NCBI RefSeq assembly: GCF_006345805.1
Contig: NC_043001.1
Span: 105,586,001-105,650,000 of the forward strand
DNA length: 64,000 bases
Source: Octopus sinensis
Taxonomy: Eukaryota
Reading direction: 5' to 3'
The position numbers were made by a program, and so were the translations under genes. This document shows, piece after piece, positions 39,380 through 53,141 of this stretch. How positions within the stretch are numbered: position 1 is the stretch's first letter; the number at the start of each line of letters is the position of its first letter. The notes beneath the pieces are model-generated. The model ran no database searches. It saw only the letters and a list, made by a program, of their open reading frames with translations, and was not told the DNA's origin.

Positions 39380-40005
39380 GATAGGAAGTTTGCCTCAGAA
39401 CCACATGGTTATGGGTTCAGTCACACTGCAGAGCAGCTTGGGCAAGTGCCTTCTACTACATCTATGTGTCAACCAAACTCTTGTGAATGGTGGATTTGTC
39501 AGGCAAAAATTGGAAAAAAAACCGTCGTGTATATATATATATATATATGTAGATATAGATATATATGTATGTATATGTATAAATACATATATAATTAAGG
39601 ATAGGAGAAAACAAGTTCAAAGTCTGATGTATATATTCATTCAATCCATATTAACGAAATTCTCCATGGTATACTAAGTAAATACATAGATGCATTCATC
39701 TATATGATATATGAAAAAAATTGAAAGAATTCATTAATACATACAAATACACGAAAATTTATAAATATAGGAAAATTTACAAACACATGAAAATTCATAA
39801 ACGTAAAAAAGTTGTATATATATGTACAGTCTGTGCTGTTATGTTTAGGTACCTGTAAACTAGCGGTCCCGCAAAGCATACCGATATAATTAGTACGAGA
39901 ATTAAAACGTAATAAGAACTGGTGCTAATTTGTTCGACTAAATCTCTTCAACGCTGTACCTCAGCATGGCCGCAGCCTAATGACTGAAACAATTAAAGAA
40001 CAAAT
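39380..40005 (+). mobile_element. Old SINE-A split by a ~230-bp insert in its central microsatellite
   Basis: 5' half 39380-39530; 3' half 39831-40005 (cagcatggccgcagcctaatgactgaaac). Confidence 0.7.
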
Positions 40006-41694
40006 GATTAACATCATACCGCCAAAGATAAAAACTTTTGATTAGTAATTACTCTGAGGAGTTGGAGAATCTGGTGTCGAGATTTGATTAATATGATCAT
40101 TTCTTTTTTATTAGAGGAACTTATTTTTGTCAACCTCATGCACACATACATAATCTAGTCTTTTGGTAAAATGAAAAAAATCACAGCAAAATAAAGAATT
40201 CTTCTACAAATTTTGCATTCTCTCATGGCTCTTCTTGTGCCAGCAGTCGATACAAAACTTCGGAATTGATCACTTTCGTCATGTTTATGCTTATCCTTGG
40301 AATTACGAAAATGTTGAGATGCTTTTCGCGATGTTACCGTTGTGTTATATAACTTTCTAAGGATGACAATATGGTCGCTAAATACATTACGGGGTGGTTA
40401 GTTGTAAAATTTAATTTCCCTTTCTCTTTCAACAAAATGAGATTTGCCTATCACTATTATAATTGAAGGAAGAACTGCTGCCGATTGCAGAGAGGTGGGT
40501 AGATGCATAGATAAAATAATTATAGAAATATCACGACAATATACGCAACATATTTTATATTTATAAGTCCGACTGGCAGGGTCCCGTAGTTAAAATAAAT
40601 GAACATTCCTTGGTACTTTTAATTCTTTTATTGGACTCTGTTACACTTTGCTCTACATAGCTAGAACACACATCTCTTGCAACTAGTATAAGGGCAGACG
40701 AGTTTCAATCACTTTCCTAAAATAAAGCCATAAGATATAAGAAATAAATCATATCACGGCACGGAAATATTCCATATATTAACGATACCTTGTGGTTTCT
40801 AAAAGGCAATAATTTCTACAATATTGTGTACATAGTTTCTTACAGAGAAACAAACATACAACTATATAAACAGATCTTCTTATTCGCACACGACTATCAT
40901 TAAATTTAGTTACATACGCTTCAATAAGCTTCGCTTCGTATATTTTTATCACTGACTGCGCTAATTGCAGAATTTAATATTTTTTTTCAAGACACACAAT
41001 AAATAGATATATAAATAAAATAAAATTTAAAAAGAAAATGTCTAGAGAATGTTATAGTTTGTAATGAAAATATTTCCCAACGGGTTTTTCTCGAAATTAA
41101 CCTAGTAAAAGAAATAATTCGAAGCAAACATTTCCTAAATGACAAATATATATCACTTATGACTTTCTTGCTGGTATATCATGTCCACATTGCAAATATA
41201 GAAACATCGCTTTTAGGCATTATTAAGCATTGAGGTTATAAACGATGCGAAGATTTATAAGGGAAGACCACATGACATAGATTAATGATTTAGTGAAGTG
41301 TTATAAATTGCTTGAGGTATTATTTTTATCTGTTTTCTTTTTTTTAAAAACCTCACGGCATCTTTAAAATGTACAAAGGCTAAAAGCCAGATATTCGTTA
41401 GAAAGTCTTGATATCCCGAAAGCAATTGCATTTCTTCTTCTTGTCGTTTTCCTCACATTGTTATTTCGAGTTGCGAAGAAATAATTTGAGAATAATGGTT
41501 AAAATTAATTCATGCAGAATAATCAACGTCATATATTTTAGAACTATTCTGAAATCTACTCGAAATAGTTGCTTGATCGAAATATATTGCGTATATTAGC
41601 GTGATATATAAAGCAAGATATTTTTTATGATTATTTTATATCTGTATCTACCTGTCTCTGTGCAATCTGTTTCGTTACTTCCTTCAATTATAAT

Positions 41695-42004
41695 GTTGTT
41701 ATTGTTTGTTCCTTCTCGAGCCATGCCTGGCTCATAAGGGTCGGTTTCCCGGTTTCCTTGGCGTATAGGTTCCCCACCTGGACAAAACGCCGGGCCATCG
41801 CAGGTGAGCTGCAAAATGTAGGAGGAAAGAGTGAGAGAAAGTTGTGGTGAAAGAGTCAGGAGACGATCACCATTACCTTCTGCTGGAGCTGCGTGGAGAT
41901 AAAGTGCTTCGCTCATAAACACACACTTCGCCCGGTCTGAGATTCGGAACCGCGATCCCTCGACTGCGAGTCCGCTGCTCTAACCACTAGGCCATGTGCC
42001 TCCA
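41695..42004 (-). mobile_element. SINE-C2 (SINE-C head, different 3' half) with 13-bp TSD
   Basis: Perfect TSD cttcaattataat (41682-41694, 42005-42017); head and ctctttcaccacaactttctctcactct block shared with SINE-C; (AAC)-like tail. Confidence 0.9.
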
Positions 42005-42303
42005 CTTCAATTATAATAGTGATTCTCAAGTCGCATTTTCTTGAAACGGGAAAAGAGAAAAGAACTCAACAACTAACCACTATATAATGTATTTAGCGAC
42101 CATATACGATGCGAGTAGAAATTACTGTGTTCAATTTTAAAATATAAAGATTCTTTGAACAGCAAGCAATTTCTAGTGATATAATTAACTATCTGTATAA
42201 AATCAGAGACTGCCCTTCCACAAACGTATTTCTTGATTTTCTAGAGCATAGTAACTAGATGTAAAACAAATATATCGCGATTTGTAATATTATGTAGGCT
42301 TTA

Positions 42304-42518
42304 AGGCAGCAAACAGGCAGGGTCGTTAGAACCCCTGGCAACATTCTTAGAGGCATTTAGTCTGTCTTTTTATTCTGAGTTCAAATTCCATCGAGGTTGA
42401 CTCTGCTTCTCACGTCGCGGAGTCAATAAAATAAGTAGCACTTGAGCACTGGGATCGGTGTAATTGAATCTTTGCTCTGAAATTGCTGGCCTTGTGCCAA
42501 AATTTGAAAGCAGTATTA
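42304..42518 (+). mobile_element. SINE-B, diverged
   Basis: ttctgagttcaaattccatcgaggttgactctgc..gctggccttgtgccaaaatttgaaa. Confidence 0.75.
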
Positions 42519-42628
42519 CATAGGACGTCAGTTTTGCTATAGAGAGTTTAGACACATATAACGAATATGTGTGTAGATATGGGTATATGTGTGTTTGCAA
42601 TATCTATATACCTATATCTACATCTATC

Positions 42629-42900
42629 TCTCGTGGGTTCGATTCCCTGACCGGTCGCTGTGTTGTGTTCTTGAGCAAAGCACTCTATTTCACGTTGATC
42701 TGCGATCATTTCATCGTCTGGCATGTGGCACATGTCATTATCTGACATGTGACACCCGTTGCACCTGTACAGGTAATGTCGATTTGTTGGAGGGAGTGAA
42801 CTTATGCGGACACAAGCATTTTATCACTATAAGCATATCATGTGTGGTTGTTCAACAAAAACTTGTGGAACCCTCAAACGTAGTCTAACGACACCGCCGC
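42629..42900 (+). mobile_element. SINE-D, 5'-truncated tRNA-derived SINE with CORE-like block
   Basis: B-box gggttcgattccc followed by tgtgttgtgttcttgagcaaagcactctatttcac. Single copy in window. Confidence 0.55.
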
Positions 42901-44309
42901 CTTGATATTTGATATCGACACACTAACTGTATTAACGAAGTGGTTGAGTATTCTAGAGAACAGAAGGGGATGCTGAGGAGGAATTTAGAGACAGTGTGCC
43001 GTTAAAGAATAAGAAATAAACCACCCAACAACACAGATTCACTGATAGCTTTTACCTGACTTTAGACTATATTAACGTAATTTTCCCAAACGTCCACGAA
43101 ATATGTTGAACCTAGAACTTCATGGACATGAAGTAGACTTTTATCCGTCCTGTCATGTCTGCTTCTTTACATAAAAGAGAGAGACATTTCTAGAATATTT
43201 ACTCTACATTTATCATCATAACGCGGATTCAGTCCCGGCTCTGAATTTCTTTTCTTTCCATCTTTCATTTCAGCCCATAGAAAGAATTATTTCATAATAT
43301 TCCAAACAATTCTAAAAGGAAGATGGCGACGATTATAATTTTTTAATAATGACTCTTATTCAGTTATTAGCCACGCATTTATACTTCGAGTTACGTACAT
43401 GCACACATCGATAAATACACATACAGACACACACACACACGCAATTATTCATATACACATACACACGCACACACATGCACTTGCATACACACCTACATAC
43501 ATATGTTACATTTATATATGCGTATGTGTGTATATTGATATATGTATATACACACGTGGTTATATACAAACATATATTAATGATATTCTGATACAGCGAT
43601 AGAGAAATAGTGACAGAGAGATAAAACATCAAAGCTATTTTGCTATGCCTGATCTTTTTTCAAACACATTAAAACGAGATGGCTTGTTATCAAATACGAA
43701 ACTCCAAGCGTTATCCGCTTTATGACAAACGCCTGTTGTTCATGTTAGTTTCCTGTTTAGTAAAATTTCTGTCAGAAATCTGTTTCTAACTGGTATATCT
43801 TAGCTGAGCTTGCAATAATTGGTTGTTAGCATTCCGCTATTCAAGATTGACACAGGGAACATAAATCAGAAATATATTTTGATGTTTCATTTTAGCTTTC
43901 CTCTAACTATATTATCCATAATTTGCAGAGAATGGGCCGTCTTCGCACTAAAAGAAATGGTAAACATATCCACTTTGTTTCAATAAATACCGCTATTCTC
44001 TGTACGTCTGAAGTGTCCAAAATAGAAATCGATACGATTTTAATAGAGAGATCAAAGTGTTATATTTGTGAACAAATGAAATTACACAAAAACCAGACAG
44101 TTGAATCAAAACCGAAACTTTTCTCTATTACGGAAGCAGAAAATACTTAGGAAAATAAATAAAATGGCTGATAGCGTGGAGCTAAGTGTTAAATGGCAGG
44201 TTGATCCGCTGCTGAAAAATCAAATTTTTACTGAACTCTCAAAGAAAAAAAAAATAAAGGGATATTGAATTAGGCACGTTTCATGAACTGCTGACCTGTC
44301 ACTATTGGT

Positions 44310-44310
<1 letters not shown>

Positions 44311-44355
<45 letters not shown>

Positions 44356-44590
44356 GCTACTGCTGCTGCTGCTGCTGCTGCTACTACTACTACTACCAAC
44401 ACCACCAACACCACCAACACCACCACTACTACTGCTACTAGTACTACTCCTACTACTACCAGCACCAGCAACACCATCACTACTACTACCAACACCAGCA
44501 ACGCCATTACTACTACTACAAACACCAAGACCACCACCACCGCCACAACCACCACAGCCACTACAACTACTACTATGACGACGACGACGA
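44311..44590. repeat. Compound trinucleotide array (ACT/GCT/ACC/ACA/ACG)
   Basis: Direct reading. Confidence 0.95.
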
Positions 44591-44609
44591 TGGCAGTGAC
44601 GCCGCCGTC

Positions 44610-45344
44610 CCTGACGCCTGTTCGATATTAAAGAAATATGAGAAGGTAACAGGAAATGGTTCAACCCTGAGAAATCAGCAGTCCTGCAACTCGTCACCAG
44701 GTAGGTCCATGTCGTCCAGCGGAGTCGTCGCACTCCGGACGAGATCTGGTTAAATTTGTCACGGCTTGGTTTGGTCGAGACATCAAAGTAGAGAAGAACG
44801 AGGTGGGGAGAAGGGTGATCCAGTCTCATCCAGGAATGATCCGGGAGAAAGATCCCTACAAAGTCAAGCAGAGCTGGTAGACGCATATATTATGCATCAG
44901 CATTTGAAGGTCCTTTCCTGTCGCAGTTCACTTCAGACAGACTGGGGCATTTATTCTCCGGCTTCCTGCGCAAGAGTGTTCCATTTATCGAGCGGTCCCT
45001 TTATTCTCTTGGTATGTTGCGGCTGATGATACACAGGTATGCATTCAACCTGCAACACCTGCAATGTGTCCCTGAGTAGGTGCAGGTATAGTCATCGTTT
45101 GTCAGACTAGATTTTCTAGCGCCCCTCTCTTTGATTAGATGAAGCGTAGACCAAGGCAGGAATTCTGGCCCTTAAAGTGCCTCCAGTTCGCTCACAGCCC
45201 TGTTTGAGATGGACATTGCGGTCTGTAGAAGTTCGACTTTTGGGGTTCTATAGAAATATAGTTGCAGGCAAGAATGAAGACGGGCTCAGGAAGATTCTGG
45301 GTATCGACCAGAATCAACTTGATGGTCTGCTCTCTAAGTTCTAA
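44610..45344 (+). pseudogene. Tx1/L1-clade LINE ORF2 fragment (late RT/thumb region), decayed
   Basis: Hand translation across frameshifts: ILKKYEKVTG, NPEKSAVLQL, LVKFVTAWFGRDIKVEKN, RSLQSQAELVDAYI, LGFYRNIV..LRKILGIDQNQLDGLL; locally GC-richer. Confidence 0.65.
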
Positions 45345-45566
45345 CCCTATACTTTAGTATTTCACTGTCATTCTTCAAAGACCAATAGAATATGTTTCTG
45401 TTAAGGAGAGGTCCATCGTCAATAAGTGTATTCATAAGCCGAAGTTAAGGCTTTGAGTGCATCTTAGAAATTAATGTGAATCCTAGTGTCATTACCGTGT
45501 TAGATATTAAATGTACATCAGATATATAGTACGCCAATCCATATAAAACAGAATATAATATCAGTA

Positions 45567-45787
45567 ATATTGATTTAAAATGTTGGCACAAGACCAGTAA
45601 GCTGGGAGGAGGGGAGAGTCGATAATGTTGATAACAATGCTCGACTGAGACTTAATTTATTAACCCTTTTGGTAACGAAAGGCAAAGTCAACCACGCCAG
45701 GAATTTGAGTTCAGAATGTAAAGACGGATGGAATACCGCTAAGCATTTTTCACCGGACTACTAACGATTCTGCCGGCTAGGCACCCT
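45567..45787 (-). mobile_element. SINE-B, diverged
   Basis: ttggcacaagaccag..ggcaaagtcaacc..gaatttgagttcagaatgtaaagacgg..cgattctgccggct. Confidence 0.78.
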
Positions 45788-46960
45788 TATAAAATATTAG
45801 TAATATTAGATATGATTGTTTGCCTTTGATAAAAATATAATTCATCATACCTGCTAAATATTTCACAGACAAATTACTAATGCTAGTTATATTGATTGGG
45901 AACATACAAGTTATGTTATTGTCTCGAAAACTGAGCAAGCCATGTCGACTTTAAAAACGTAGGTTGTCAGCTTAATCATACGCGGTCCATGCTTACATCC
46001 ACAAAAATTGAGGAAAATATTTGAAGACGGCATTCTAATGGAACCAACCTTGTAAATGCTTTCAACTAAAAAGTGTACTGCGCGTTTGGTTGTAAGTCAT
46101 ATTATTACAGAGATGATCACCGTTTGCTAATGAGACACGAATTAAATACAGAGAATACTATTTATCTATCATCAGTGTAAAGATCTCCACAGTGTATGAG
46201 AAAAATTAATATATATATATTGCAGAGAAATATAAGTAGCTTCCTCTACTATGAACTCCTACAACAAAGGAAATAATTACCGCCACCAGCGGTAAATATC
46301 GTTTGTACAAAAACAGAGAAACAAACATCACTACTAACATTATCGTCAATAAAAATGGAGACATCTGTTGCAAAAAATATCGCTTAATTTTTGTAGGTTG
46401 GAATGTACAAAGAAAATGTCCAGCCTTGTCCTCACAAGCGCTAACTCATTAAAATTTATAAAGTCCAATAAAAACAATTTAGTCCAGGAAAACAAATATT
46501 TATATCTTTTCTACCACCACAACCACTACCATAAAAATCAGAAGTTATTTCTGTTTGCCATCAAATCACAACAAAATCTTGGAAGTACACGTATGTGGAG
46601 TTGTATTAAGGACATTCCGGTTAATGATGTTTTTTTTTGCAAGGTATTTCATGAGATGCAATAAAAATATAAACAAGAAATTGATTCCTTACTAATGCAT
46701 AACTAATTTTATAAATGATTAACCGGGCGTTTTATTATGGTGAAGCAGGAGTGGTAATGTGGTTGGCCAGAGTTAAGTTTCTCTCTTGTGATCAGGAAAA
46801 ACAAAACTGAAATGATTGATGAATTACATCCATTTGTTTATTACAAAGATGAGACGTGCTTAAAAATAACGAGCAAATATACCCAAAAGAACACCAATCA
46901 ACACCTCTATTATTTAAGGCACGTCAGTTAGCATCAGAATTTATGATAAAAAGATATTAA

Positions 46961-47178
46961 TATTGGTTTCAAATTTTGGTATAAGGCCAACAAGATTTGG
47001 GCAGGAAGTAAGCCAATTGCTTCTACCCCAGTGTTCCACTGGTACTTATTTTATCGAACCAGAAAGGATAAACGGTAAAGTCAACCGTACCGAAATTAGA
47101 GTTTAGAAAGGAAAGACGGATGAAAAGCTGCTACGCTTTTTGCCCGTGTTGTTTAACGAGCCTGCTCGCTCACCACCT
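46961..47178 (-). mobile_element. SINE-B, diverged
   Basis: attggtttcaaattttggtataaggcc..ctggtacttattttatcgaacc..gctcgctcacc. Confidence 0.72.
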
Positions 47179-47348
47179 TACAAATGTATTTAAAACTACG
47201 ATTTCATATAATAACAATCCCCGCTTTACATATATTTACTCTAAGTAGGATTGCTTAGTGCATATAATGTTTTCAGGAGCAATGATTTTGTAAATTTGGC
47301 GGTAACCTCAGATTAGCGAATTTGCAGCGAGATAGAATTGAGTAAAAT

Positions 47349-47549
47349 CTTTTACTCTTTTACATGCTTCAGTCATTTGACTGCGGCCATACTAGGGCAC
47401 CGCCTTTAGTCGAACACATCGACCCCAGGACTGATTCTTTGCAAGTCTAGTACTTGCAAAGTACTAGACTTGCAGAACCGCTAAGTTACGGGGGACATTA
47501 ATACACCAACAACGATGTCAAACGATGGTGGGGGAACACAGACAAAAAT

Positions 47550-47588
<39 letters not shown>

Positions 47589-47746
47589 CACGATGGCCTT
47601 CTTTCAATTTCCTTTTACCAAATCCACTCACAAGGCTTTGGTCGGCTCCAGGCTATAGTAGAAGGCACCTGCCCAAGGTGTCACGCCGTGGGACTGAACC
47701 CAGAAACATGTGCTTGGGAAGCAAGCTTCTTACTACACAGTCACTC
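47349..47746 (-). mobile_element. SINE-A containing a de novo palindrome
   Basis: cttttactcttttac..cagtcatttgactgcggcc...gcaagcttcttactacacagtcactc. Confidence 0.9.
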
Positions 47747-48687
47747 AAAACTATATTTACTATCAGTGAGAAATTACATTTCTTTCATACAAACGTATAC
47801 TGTTTCATTCCAGTATACATTGGGTATAACAAGGATTAGAACCTTTGTTAGAGGGAAATATTTTATTGTATCCCAGTCGCAATTTAATGACTAAGTAACT
47901 ACAACTTCATCTATTCGGTATGAAACACATTATCCAATTTCCGAACGGCAAAGCATATAAAAGCTAAATAACACCATTAGTTTCATTGTTTCTCTAGACT
48001 GGGTAAATATTGATTCTGTCACAAACACGCAGATGTATTAGCTATTAAGAAACTCGAAGTCAAGGAATTCATTATTTGACGCCAATTCTTATGCTTTATC
48101 ATATTTTTAAAGTTTCTCTATATAAACTATAATGACTAGAAAGCGGTTAGGGTTAAGACACACTCCAGATTTGCGTCTGAAGAGCGTGTGAGATTCCTGT
48201 TTACACACTGTCGTCGTCTGTTTTATGAAATAATTCATTCTCTCAAATTTCATATTTGATTAGGAGCGAAACAATAAGAATGTGTATCCTCAAACAGTGT
48301 CACCTGTTACCTTCTTGTCATTTCCGTCTGTAAACTGAACACTTCTATGTCTAATGGTGTGTACAAACAATGGAAGCATTTCTGGAGAAGTAGATGGCAC
48401 CTCAATGATACCTAGTGGTAATTATAAAATGTAACGTATGTCTGATGTTTTGTAATAAAAAAAGGATATTATGAAATGTTGCTTGCATTATAATAGGTTG
48501 TGCTTGAAAATGGTAAACGTTTTCCTGATGTCGTCAGTAATTAATAACAGACATATGAAATTTAGTATTCCTTGGACACCCCGATGAATTGGTCACATTT
48601 ATATCTATCTATATATATATATATGTGTGTGTATGTGTGTGTGTGAGCGTGTGTGTGTGTGTGTGTGTAAGTGCGCGCACACACACA

Positions 48688-48719
<32 letters not shown>

Positions 48720-48734
48720 TACACACACACACAC

Positions 48735-48786
<52 letters not shown>

Positions 48787-50268
48787 TTGTTCTGAAAATA
48801 ATGGCCGGTTTCAGAAACAATTTTATTCTGGAAAATTAGCAATAGAAATGTTTTGATTAGCCAAAGTAGGAGCCGTGAATATCTATGCATCGCTGTCAAA
48901 GATCAACGAAATTTTTAAGGCTTCGTTGATAAAAACTTATTGGCTTTGATGCTAAGAAATCTTTGAAAGCTTATTCCACCTCTGGTTTGGACCTGAATTG
49001 TCATTTTTTTTCATGAAGTATTGTAAGAATTTAAGATGCTTCCAGCTATAATGATTCTGAAATCACTTTCGTCGAGAATTATTCGCTACCTTCTGAATGT
49101 TTGGTAACAAAACTCACGTGAGTATCATTTGAAATATAATTTAAAATTATAACTACGACAGCGACCACGGTACACACAACATCATGAGATCGTAATTGTA
49201 AAAAATTAGCGATCAACAGGGAATTCGCAAATACATATATGCAGCGAGAGATGCGATACTTTCGCTACTTTAGTCTCTATTGTAATATTGAAATGATAAA
49301 GTAGACGAATATAGTAAACAATGACACGTAAAGGGAGTAGATTCCAACGAGGTTCATTTTATATTGAGATAACAATAACGTAAATAACTCAATTATGAAA
49401 TAAAAATAAACAAGTAATAAAATCTTGTTTTGTATACAATAGAGATTTATTGAAATCTATATTTTCAGTTCTTTTTATCTTATATAAAATAACCAAGTTT
49501 CTATAAAAATAGAAAATGAATATACAGCAGCGAAGATTGTGCTGTGAGGTAAAATATACTGCTTGCTGACTTGAAAGTAATTATCTTCGATGCGAAAATG
49601 TGTTACAATTTCTTTGTGGTTTACTAGACAGAAAGAAAAAAATCTCACAAATGATCAAATATAGTTTACGATACCAAATTCAATTTCGTTTGAAAATTTT
49701 ATGATCTATAACATTTCATTATGATATTTTTTTTCCTCTTTCATATTTTTTATATATATTCATTCCTTCCGAAAGGTTAACTTTTGAAAAGTGTGAAGTA
49801 AACAACTTGAATATGTAATATATATTGAAATTGAAAAATGTTCGAAGCTGATTTTCTTAGACAACTGTGACTGATTGATTTTTTTTATTATTATTATAAC
49901 AGCAGTATTGTTTAACAATGCAACATTACTCTTGATATTGATGTGCTTGTTTCGATCTCAAAATCAACTTCCAAATATATCTTTAAAAAAGGAAATACAT
50001 CCACATCGTTCCTAGATTTTCAATTCTTTAGTGTTGTAGTTTATATTCATTCTACCTCTCTCCACACCTCTGTCTCTAGACACACACGCATTCGCTCACA
50101 CACAATCACAGGCAAGCACATATAATTATTTGTACATAAAACCTCCTATGTTGTGTGTCTGTGTGTCATATAATCCAAAATAAACAGTAAAATGTTGTCA
50201 TCATAGAACTCGGAATATCGGAGCGAGGAGCTACGATGCATTCTCGTCGGTTATTAATAGAAACAGAA

Positions 50269-50480
50269 GGCGGCGAGCTGGCAGAAATGTTAGGACGCCG
50301 GACGAAAGGCGTTGCGGTATTTCGTCTGTCTTTATGTTCTAATTTCAAATAGCGTCGAGGTCGACTTTGCATTTCATCCTTTCGGTGTCGATTAAATAAT
50401 TAACAGTTACGCACTAAGGTCGATGTAATTGACTTAATCCCTTTCTCTGTCCTTGTTTGTACCTTCTAAGTTTAGCCCCC
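50269..50480 (+). mobile_element. SINE-B (tail-1 type)
   Basis: ggcggcgagctggcagaaatgttagg...ccttgtttgtaccttctaagtttagcccc. Confidence 0.88.
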
Positions 50481-51030
50481 ATCGAACCCACCCATTTCCA
50501 TCCTATACAATCCAAAAAAGGAAAACAACCACAAGAAAACACACAAAATGCATTCCCCTCCCCTTGAATCTAGTTACGCATGTTTATTGACGGAGAACAA
50601 GGAGCTGATTTGTAAGTCAACAGATGGAAAAGAGCAAAATTTGTGAATGTTGAAGGTTATACAAATACAGTAGGGTGGTACACCTGTCTGCTACTTTCGG
50701 AAAAGCAAATGGCAGAAGTAAAGAAATATAAAGAAGGTGAGATATATTGGAAACTTTATGGAGACTGGAAAAGGATAACTGACAATATTGGTTATAAGGA
50801 ACTGTTAGAAAAACACGGCTTGAACGTGTTAAAAAGACTCCCAAGATAAAAGGAAATGATACTGCTTAAGGTGGGGCAAGCAGCACATTTCCATCTTTTC
50901 ATTTTCGTTATTCATTCATATTATCATATTTTAAATTTTATTTGAATTTAATTTTTTATTAATTACTTATTTGCGTTATATATTCCCATATGTGTTTGTG
51001 TTGTCCACTCCTTGTCGGCAATAAACAGAG

Positions 51031-51222
51031 GGTGTGTGTTTGTGTGTGTGCACTTGTCCCCAGCATTGAGCTTGCTCCAAAAGCAGTTGTTTGCGTGATT
51101 GCTTCTCCATAACTGAGCGGTTTGGCAAAATTAGCAATGGGTTTGATGCATTGCTACTAAGACGTCTTCAGGGGTGTTCCCGTGCGTGGCCGCTGCCTAA
51201 TATGTGAAACAATTAAAAGAGA
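51031..51222 (+). mobile_element. SINE-A 3' half, highly diverged
   Basis: ttgtccccagcatt..taactgagcggtttggcaaaa..gcgtggccgctgcctaatatgtgaaacaattaaaaga. Confidence 0.6.
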
Positions 51223-52329
51223 AATTTTAAAATTACACGGTGTCTGCTACAGAATATGGTTTATGTTATTATAGCGAACTTATACCTGTTAAACATAAGC
51301 TGATATGTATAGCAACATTCCAGCATAGTGCGACATATTCATCTATCGGCTATAATAAATACACTTTAGTATTTGACGATGAGGTCTAATGATTCTACAA
51401 ATTGATTTATGTGTTTATAATATTTTTTTAATATTTTCTAAGTTCCTGAATCATTGCCAAATTTTACCTATCACTAAATGGCACTTTTAACTTCAATCAT
51501 TTACATTTTTTTTCAGTTGGTTTCACTAATAAGCAGCTGAATGCCTAGAGTCGTGGTCTGGAATAATAATTTGTTTATTACATTTCATTCAATATGCAAA
51601 TAATCATAAAAAAAAATATCTCATTTATTCCAGTCCGCACACGTTCACTTTCCAAGAGAAGAACTAAACTATTTCAGAAAGTAACAATTCTTGTTTTGGT
51701 ATTTTCTTCTCCGAGAGAAGTTTTCGTTGAGAAAGATGTAATTTTCCAACTTTGTATTCACTATTATTTTATTCTAATGTTATTTATTTTACTAATATCG
51801 ATCGAGTGTTTTAGTTAATTCTACGGGTTTGCTTTTGTCTTGAACTTAAAAAACGTGTACGCGCGCCTACACAATAGATTTTAACATTTATAGCACTAAT
51901 TGATGCACTTAGATGATTCTGGTTTTGTACTTGAATAAAGCAATTGATTTGCGTGATAAAACAACACTGACATTCATTTGAATTCAATGTTATGCTCGAA
52001 TTTTTATTATTTTAATATTGTAGATGTTTTTTCTTCACAATAGCGGATCATATATTAATTTAATTTCGTTGTTTCTGACCATAGGTGTACATGTTGTGTA
52101 TTTAGTCCCGCCGCATAGAGACATTTATAACAGGCAGTGATATGATGGTGTAAGCATACTGTATTTTCCTTTTCTTGTCAGTATGTAAATGCCAATTTAC
52201 CGCAAAGATTTTATTGACGGGGTGCTTAAACAGTTATCGCAAGCGTTTGTCTTCATATGAGATCTGTATTCATAATCTCTGCTTATAGATTATCATCATA
52301 ACAATTATAATCGCAGAATGTATATATAT

Positions 52330-52366
<37 letters not shown>

Positions 52367-52654
52367 GATGTATAAACAAGAGGCACATACTTTGATCGCC
52401 ACGTGTTTATATATTTAATCTAGGGTGTACCTGTTGAGAATGATTTCACCTAGCGGGTAAATGATATTTACTTGCTAAGCTAAAATCAAAAACCAATTGG
52501 TCCCGGAAACTAGATGGTAAAATGTTATTTTTTCATTTCGTTCCTGTCGAATTTTATCCCTAACTTTCTGCTTATAGAACCTAGCTGTACTTTCTAGCGT
52601 GTTTGTTTTCCTCGAATGGATTCTTTATGTGTTTAAATGTACACTGTATATATA

Positions 52655-52727
<73 letters not shown>

Positions 52728-53141
52728 TACATACATATAATAACGTCCTTCTTGTTACTTTAAATGGAATGCAGACCTAGGTTTTTGCCTCGTATAACCA
52801 AAGAGAAAATTTCAAGTCGATTAAGAGGTTGTTGAAGAAAGGAATATTTCACATTTATAAACAATATTTACGTTATCTATAACAATTATTCCACCATGAA
52901 ATGGAAATTTATTGGTGATTATCTGCATTTCCCTAGATGGAAACAGTTATAGAACCAATTAGTTGATTTTAATTTTCGTAAATCTATTTTGTTTTTAAAC
53001 GCTGGTAATATAATTAGAAATGTATTGCTCTTGTATTTTTTAAACTGACTTTTGCACAAATCACAGTTTAACTGCTCACATGTCTAACGAACATTCATAA
53101 TAAAATTGCAATGCCACCACATTTTGAATATTAATTTTTAC

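Noticed and set aside
44220-44886. Mucin-like Thr-rich, Val-rich and Ser-rich ORFs
   Set aside because: Arise from the trinucleotide array plus the antisense of a LINE fragment.
48145-48160. TTAGGG telomeric-like word
   Set aside because: Single occurrence, no array.
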